From Octopus sinensis (taxonomy: Eukaryota): a stretch of 64,000 nt of DNA. Below are positions 61,801 through 64,000 of the stretch, one piece after another; position 1 is the stretch's first letter; each line of letters opens with the position of its first letter. The position numbers and the translations under genes are program-made. Where the stretch lies: contig NC_043004.1 of NCBI RefSeq assembly GCF_006345805.1, positions 106,330,001 to 106,394,000 on the forward strand, written 5' to 3'. The notes beneath the pieces were generated by a model. It saw nothing but the letters and a program-made list of their open reading frames with translations, searched no databases and was not told the origin of the DNA.

Positions 61801-63104
61801 AGAGGCAGAATAATCTCACGACTTCTGCTGTAGGATTGCCACCTCAGGCTGACAATCCATAGAGCAAGGGAGACTACTCTTGTTGTCTTCACTGCCAAAA
61901 GACCCCTTTATTTTTTTTTCAAGAAGAAGGGATGTTACACATTCATATCTATGTGTTTGCATATGCCAAACTACATCCCCACTCTTGGCACTATTTTGTT
62001 AGTGAACAGTACAACTGTGTGTAAAGTATATAATGTAACACTACGCTGAATGTCAAGTCCGTGTATCATGTAAAGCAAATAAACACGTAACAATAACAAT
62101 GGTCTTCATTTGGTTGTCCATCCCATTAGAACCCAAACTACACATAACAATTTCAATTCCTATTTGAGATTATTTTAGCATTTCTAATGTTTCAAGTATA
62201 AAAAAAAACTTCTACTCATTTAACTAAAGTTAAATCAGTTTATTTACTTTTATATTCCGTGGCCATAATCTTGATTCTATAACCAACTGGTGTCACACTT
62301 GCCACTTGCGTACTTAATCAAATTGTGAGTGCATAACATAACAGCTTTATCACCACCCACAATAAAAGTAAATGGAAAGCTCTAGAAAAGGTAAATTACA
62401 GATTTCTAAAACTACTGCATTGAGTTATGAAGTAGGTGAGAAAAAAAGTCATAATGAAATTGGTGGAAAAGAAAGCTAGAGTGAATAAAGTGCAGCTTGA
62501 ATCCTATCTGCTGTACTTTGGTGAGAAATAAGCAGGGAAGATGTGGCTATTTGAACCAAATATGAAGACGTTAAAAGTAAATTATTATTTGAAGTGAATT
62601 TAGGAAAAAGCTAAGTTAGGTGTCTGTTGAGGTTCTACCTTTATCTCTATGTTTCTTTTAATCCTTGAAACTTCCTCAAGCAAGTATAAATCAGAAAAAG
62701 CATAGGAATTTTTTGTATGGAGAAAAGCACATTCTGATTGTATTTTGATTGTCCAAGAACTGAAAGTAAGTTTAAAATATGGGAAAAATAAGCTCGTTCA
62801 AAATATGTTATAATAAGCCTTGCACAATCCTAACCAAGACTGAGGTATAAGTTAGCTTCCTTCAATGAATTCTTGCTATAAAAGAAGAAAGCAGTGAGGA
62901 AGCCTGTGTAATGTAATACAATCAATATGTACCCAAATGGTACCAAATACGCAAGCATCAAAATGGTACTCATAAAAGATTTTGAAGTAATAATACATGT
63001 ATATATGTTTAAAAAGGTAAACCTACCTTATGGTCATCATATCTATTCACAGTAGGAACCATTGGCACACACATCATTCGAGTGGCAAACCGAAGGGTCG
63101 ATAT
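38037..63104 (-). CDS. KIF9: Kinesin-9 family KIF9, 3' part (end of motor, stalk and tail); 13 exons, 452 codons + stop; 5' exons lie beyond the window
   Basis: Minus-strand splicing of 63104-63027, 57322-57254, 57027-56923, 56411-56356, 53164-53086, 51936-51770, 46940-46794, 45897-45812, 44076-43954, 43126-42947, 42296-42211, 40131-40027 and 38114-38037. All junctions are GT-AG with compatible phases. Motifs STLRFATRM (end of kinesin motor), [41 protein letters not shown] and ISEEEF..V..LK.LK..YR...Q..V..CRQKL..EF..W match KIF9 rather than KIF6 (from memory of the family). Confidence 0.92.
40027..40131 (-). CDS. KIF9: KIF9 exon: [35 protein letters not shown]
   Basis: tttcAG acceptor, AGA|GTAAGT donor, DE.EKF..LQ motif. 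Confidence 0.9.
41061..41584. mobile_element. Tc1/mariner-superfamily (Tc2/pogo-like) MITE, 524 bp
   Basis: TIR CCATAAATCCTCG(C/A)GTATA..C.GC at both ends, TA duplication at 41059-41060 and 41585-41586. Confidence 0.85.
42211..42296 (-). CDS. KIF9: KIF9 exon: (E)[28 protein letters not shown]
   Basis: ttattccAG acceptor, |GTAAGT donor, EF..W motif. Confidence 0.92.
42947..43126 (-). CDS. KIF9: KIF9 exon: (G)[59 protein letters not shown]
   Basis: atatAG acceptor, G|GTAAGT donor; matches the KIF9 tail I.EEEF...LK.LK..YR...CR..L pattern. Confidence 0.93.
43954..44076 (-). CDS. KIF9: KIF9 exon: (E)[40 protein letters not shown]
   Basis: Long polypyrimidine tract + gcAG acceptor, G|GTGAGA donor, coiled-coil pattern. 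Confidence 0.92.
44474..45676 (-). mobile_element. Mariner DNA transposon, near full length (1203 bp), decayed
   Basis: ~30-bp TIRs (TTGGGTTGTCCGGAAAGTTCTGAGCATTTT and TTAGGTTATCCGGAAATGTCTGAGTGTTTT) flanked by TA. The transposase remnant runs from ATG 45496 through CKNICEVYG...WFAKFK...GRPS...IPHKLSEKN, then [12 protein letters not shown] and [19 protein letters not shown], with stops and frameshifts. Confidence 0.92.
45812..45897 (-). CDS. KIF9: KIF9 exon: [28 protein letters not shown]
   Basis: ttgcAG acceptor, G|GTAATT donor, highly KIF9-like AFEEFK..QGSE.N motif. Confidence 0.93.
46794..46940 (-). CDS. KIF9: KIF9 exon: [48 protein letters not shown](G)
   Basis: CAGCAG tandem acceptor, GG|GTTTGT donor. 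Phase 2-2; bridges the flanking exons in frame. Low-complexity linker. Confidence 0.8.
47805..48470 (-). mobile_element. Non-autonomous retroelement family D with (GAT)n tail and internal GTGCCACCGGCAC subrepeats
   Basis: Shared core GGAAGGGCATCCAGCTGTAGAAA...CCATGC(C/T)AGCATGGAAAGCGGACGTTAAA(C/T)GATGATGAT. Copies at ~12243-12430, 21350-21480, 24610-24750, 27590-27735, 33055-33300, 38935-39205, 39590-39820, 53318-55030 and 63640-63965. Confidence 0.75.
50770..51128 (+). mobile_element. CR1/L2-like LINE 3' end with (ATT)n tail
   Basis: Translates to [33 protein letters not shown] (CR1-type C-terminal FF..RV...WN.LP motif). The 3' UTR ends GTGCACCTGAGCACTGTATACAATAA + ATT repeats; the same tail recurs at ~40490-40545. 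Confidence 0.8.
51770..51936 (-). CDS. KIF9: KIF9 exon: [55 protein letters not shown]
   Basis: tttcttccAG acceptor, AG|GTTAAT donor, LVGE.D.QGF.VG motif. Confidence 0.88.
53086..53164 (-). CDS. KIF9: KIF9 exon: [26 protein letters not shown]
   Basis: ccatttTAG acceptor, GAA|GTAAGA donor, phase 2 to 0. Confidence 0.85.
53482..53795. repeat. 62-bp minisatellite, 5 copies
   Basis: ATGTGCCAC(C/T) recurs at 53491, 53553, 53615, 53677 and 53739 (period 62), and the units are near-identical. Confidence 0.95.
53740..55030. repeat. Higher-order tandem repeat, 4 units of ~300-390 bp
   Basis: The marker GATACA(A/G)ATTCCATTGATGTTCATCTATTTTG occurs at ~53902, 54207, 54599 and 54932. Confidence 0.9.
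54484..54599. repeat. 29-bp tandem repeat, 4 perfect copies (TGTGTGCCACCGGCACTGGTACCACAAAG)
   Basis: Units start at 54484, 54513, 54542 and 54571. Confidence 0.97.
55071..55920. repeat. Tandem duplication of a 425-bp unit bounded by (AT)n tracts
   Basis: ATAAATTTCGAACAATGGG occurs at 55076 and 55501; the non-microsatellite parts appear identical. Confidence 0.95.
56356..56411 (-). CDS. KIF9: KIF9 exon: [18 protein letters not shown]
   Basis: tttcAG acceptor, AA|GTAAGT donor, phase 0 to 2. Confidence 0.88.
56923..57027 (-). CDS. KIF9: KIF9 exon: [35 protein letters not shown]
   Basis: ctatAG acceptor, GAG|GTAAAG donor; NR..I.YEPL and L.G.LDE motifs. Confidence 0.92.
57254..57322 (-). CDS. 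KIF9: KIF9 exon: [23 protein letters not shown]
   Basis: ccctttTAG acceptor, |GTAAGT donor, neck coiled coil with ELAMHDTL. Confidence 0.93.
58724..58940 (+). repeat. 5' LTR (217 bp)
   Basis: Direct repeat of 61933-62149; begins TG, ends CA; contains AATAAA. Confidence 0.97.
58941..58953 (+). promoter_or_regulatory. Primer-binding site, complementary to the tRNA-Leu(AAG/TAG) 3' end
   Basis: TGGTGGCAGCGGT abuts the 5' LTR. It is the reverse complement of ACCGCTGCCA-CCA, the 3' end of metazoan tRNA-Leu(AAG/TAG) (recalled). Confidence 0.75.
59065..61743 (+). pseudogene. Single-frame gag-protease-integrase polyprotein with two probable premature stops and no RT/RNase H
   Basis: ORF-track ORFs 59065-59385 and 59545-61686 are in the same frame, separated only by TAA 59383-59385. 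The frame has tandem Zn knuckles (CQYCGTEH...C and [14 protein letters not shown]), protease KIDTGAQ (~60040), integrase HQGH...CRIC and D-D-E (EVDLF, CDNGTQF, FIERQV). Past TGA 61684-61686 it continues as [18 protein letters not shown], a typical Gypsy pol terminus. No YXDD or RNase H motifs. Confidence 0.9.
61933..62149 (+). repeat. 3' LTR (217 bp)
   Basis: Direct repeat of 58724-58940, preceded by the PPT AAGAAGAAGGGA. Confidence 0.97.
63027..63104 (-). CDS. KIF9: KIF9 exon: [26 protein letters not shown]
   Basis: ccctgacAG acceptor, AAG|GTAGGT donor, kinesin motor terminal STLRFA motif. Confidence 0.93.
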
Positions 63105-63364
63105 CTGTCAGGGAGATATTGTAACAGAAATTAAGACTGGTTTGAAATTTTGGCACAAGGCCAGCAATTTCGGGGGAGCGGGTAAGTTGATTATATCAAC
63201 TCCAGTGTTCAATTGGTACTTATTTTATTGACTCCAAAAGGATAAAAGGTAAAGGCAACATCAGCGGAATTTGAACTCAAAACATAAAGAGATGTAATGC
63301 CATCAAGCATTTTGCCCAGTATGCTGACAATTCAGCCAGCTCATCACCTCATAACAGAAATTAA

Positions 63365-63586
63365 CCCTTTTGTTACCAACACAGCTGAAATCAGCTCTGG
63401 CTCTCTAGCACAAATGTCTTGTTTTCATTAGTTTTGAACTAAAATCTGCCACCAAACCTTAGTCACAATTTATGTTCCTAACACTAGCTTAGTGATAACT
63501 AAGTTATTTTACTAAATTCTTTGTTATATTTAAGATTAACTGAAAGACACACAGAGCATCTCAAAATAAACGCAGAAACAAAAGGG
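63365..63586. mobile_element. piggyBac-like MITE
   Basis: TTAA|CCCTTTTGTT ... AACAAAAGGG|TTAA terminal inverted repeats with TTAA target duplication. Confidence 0.85.
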
Positions 63587-64000
63587 TTAATATTAAAGAA
63601 AATAATTAATATAATGAAAAATGCCTGGTGCCTTGCTGTACTCAAGAAGAAATGTACTCCACAGCAGAAGTGTTAAGACCACTCTCTCTGGTAGTGTATA
63701 GCACTCATGGCAATGCCACGTAAAAGCACCTGTGCAATGCCATTTAAAAGCACCCAGCACACACTGTAAAGTGGTTGGCATTAGGAAGGGCATTCAACCA
63801 TAGAAACCCTGCCAAATCAGACTGGAGTCTGGTGCAGCTCCCCAGCTTGCCAGTTCTGGTCAAACCATCCAATCCATGCCAGCATGGACATTAAATGTTC
63901 TGATTGCATTCTGATTGTCCAATTAAATGATGGTGATGAAGATGATGATGATGACGACGATGAACTGTTTCTAATTTAGACTCAAAGCCAGTAGTTTTGA

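Larger units (their letters stand above)
58724..62149 (+). mobile_element. Ty3/Gypsy (Mag-like) LTR retrotransposon, 3426 bp, lacking RT and RNase H; antisense in a KIF9 intron
   Basis: 217-bp LTRs at 58724-58940 and 61933-62149 (3 mismatches, TGTTA...TAACA ends). 5-bp TSD ATTTC at 58719-58723 and 62150-62154. PBS 58941-58953, PPT 61921-61932, internal gag-PR-IN frame. Confidence 0.97.

Noticed and set aside
10462-63350. Many A-box/B-box motifs resembling tRNA genes
   Set aside because: All are SINE heads continuing into family-specific bodies; none forms a complete cloverleaf followed by a Pol III terminator.

Overview
AT-rich, microsatellite- and SINE-dense animal genomic DNA. The repeat landscape suggests a coleoid cephalopod, probably Octopus; this is an inference and was not verified. 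Two spliced genes lie tail-to-tail. (1) On the + strand is the 3' part of a tensin: 10 phase-consistent GT-AG exons at 12548-28574 encoding a Ser/Pro-rich linker, the SH2 domain and the PTB domain. (2) On the - strand is the 3' part of kinesin-9 KIF9: 13 phase-consistent exons at 63104-38037, from the end of the motor domain to the stop; the rest of the motor lies beyond the window. Introns and intergenic DNA carry at least four SINE-like families, several MITEs (hAT-, piggyBac- and Tc2/pogo-like, plus a fold-back type), a decayed near-full-length mariner, a Helitron Rep/helicase relic, and RTE- and CR1-like LINE 3' ends. The most striking object is a young 3.4-kb Ty3/Gypsy LTR element (58724-62149). 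Its LTRs, TSD, PBS and PPT are intact, and one reading frame joins Gag-protease directly to integrase with no RT/RNase H. Also notable are a nested 29-bp/62-bp/~300-390-bp tandem repeat array, a duplicated 114-bp palindrome and a hammerhead-ribozyme-like relic. No prokaryotic features, rRNA, true tRNA genes or CRISPR arrays were found.
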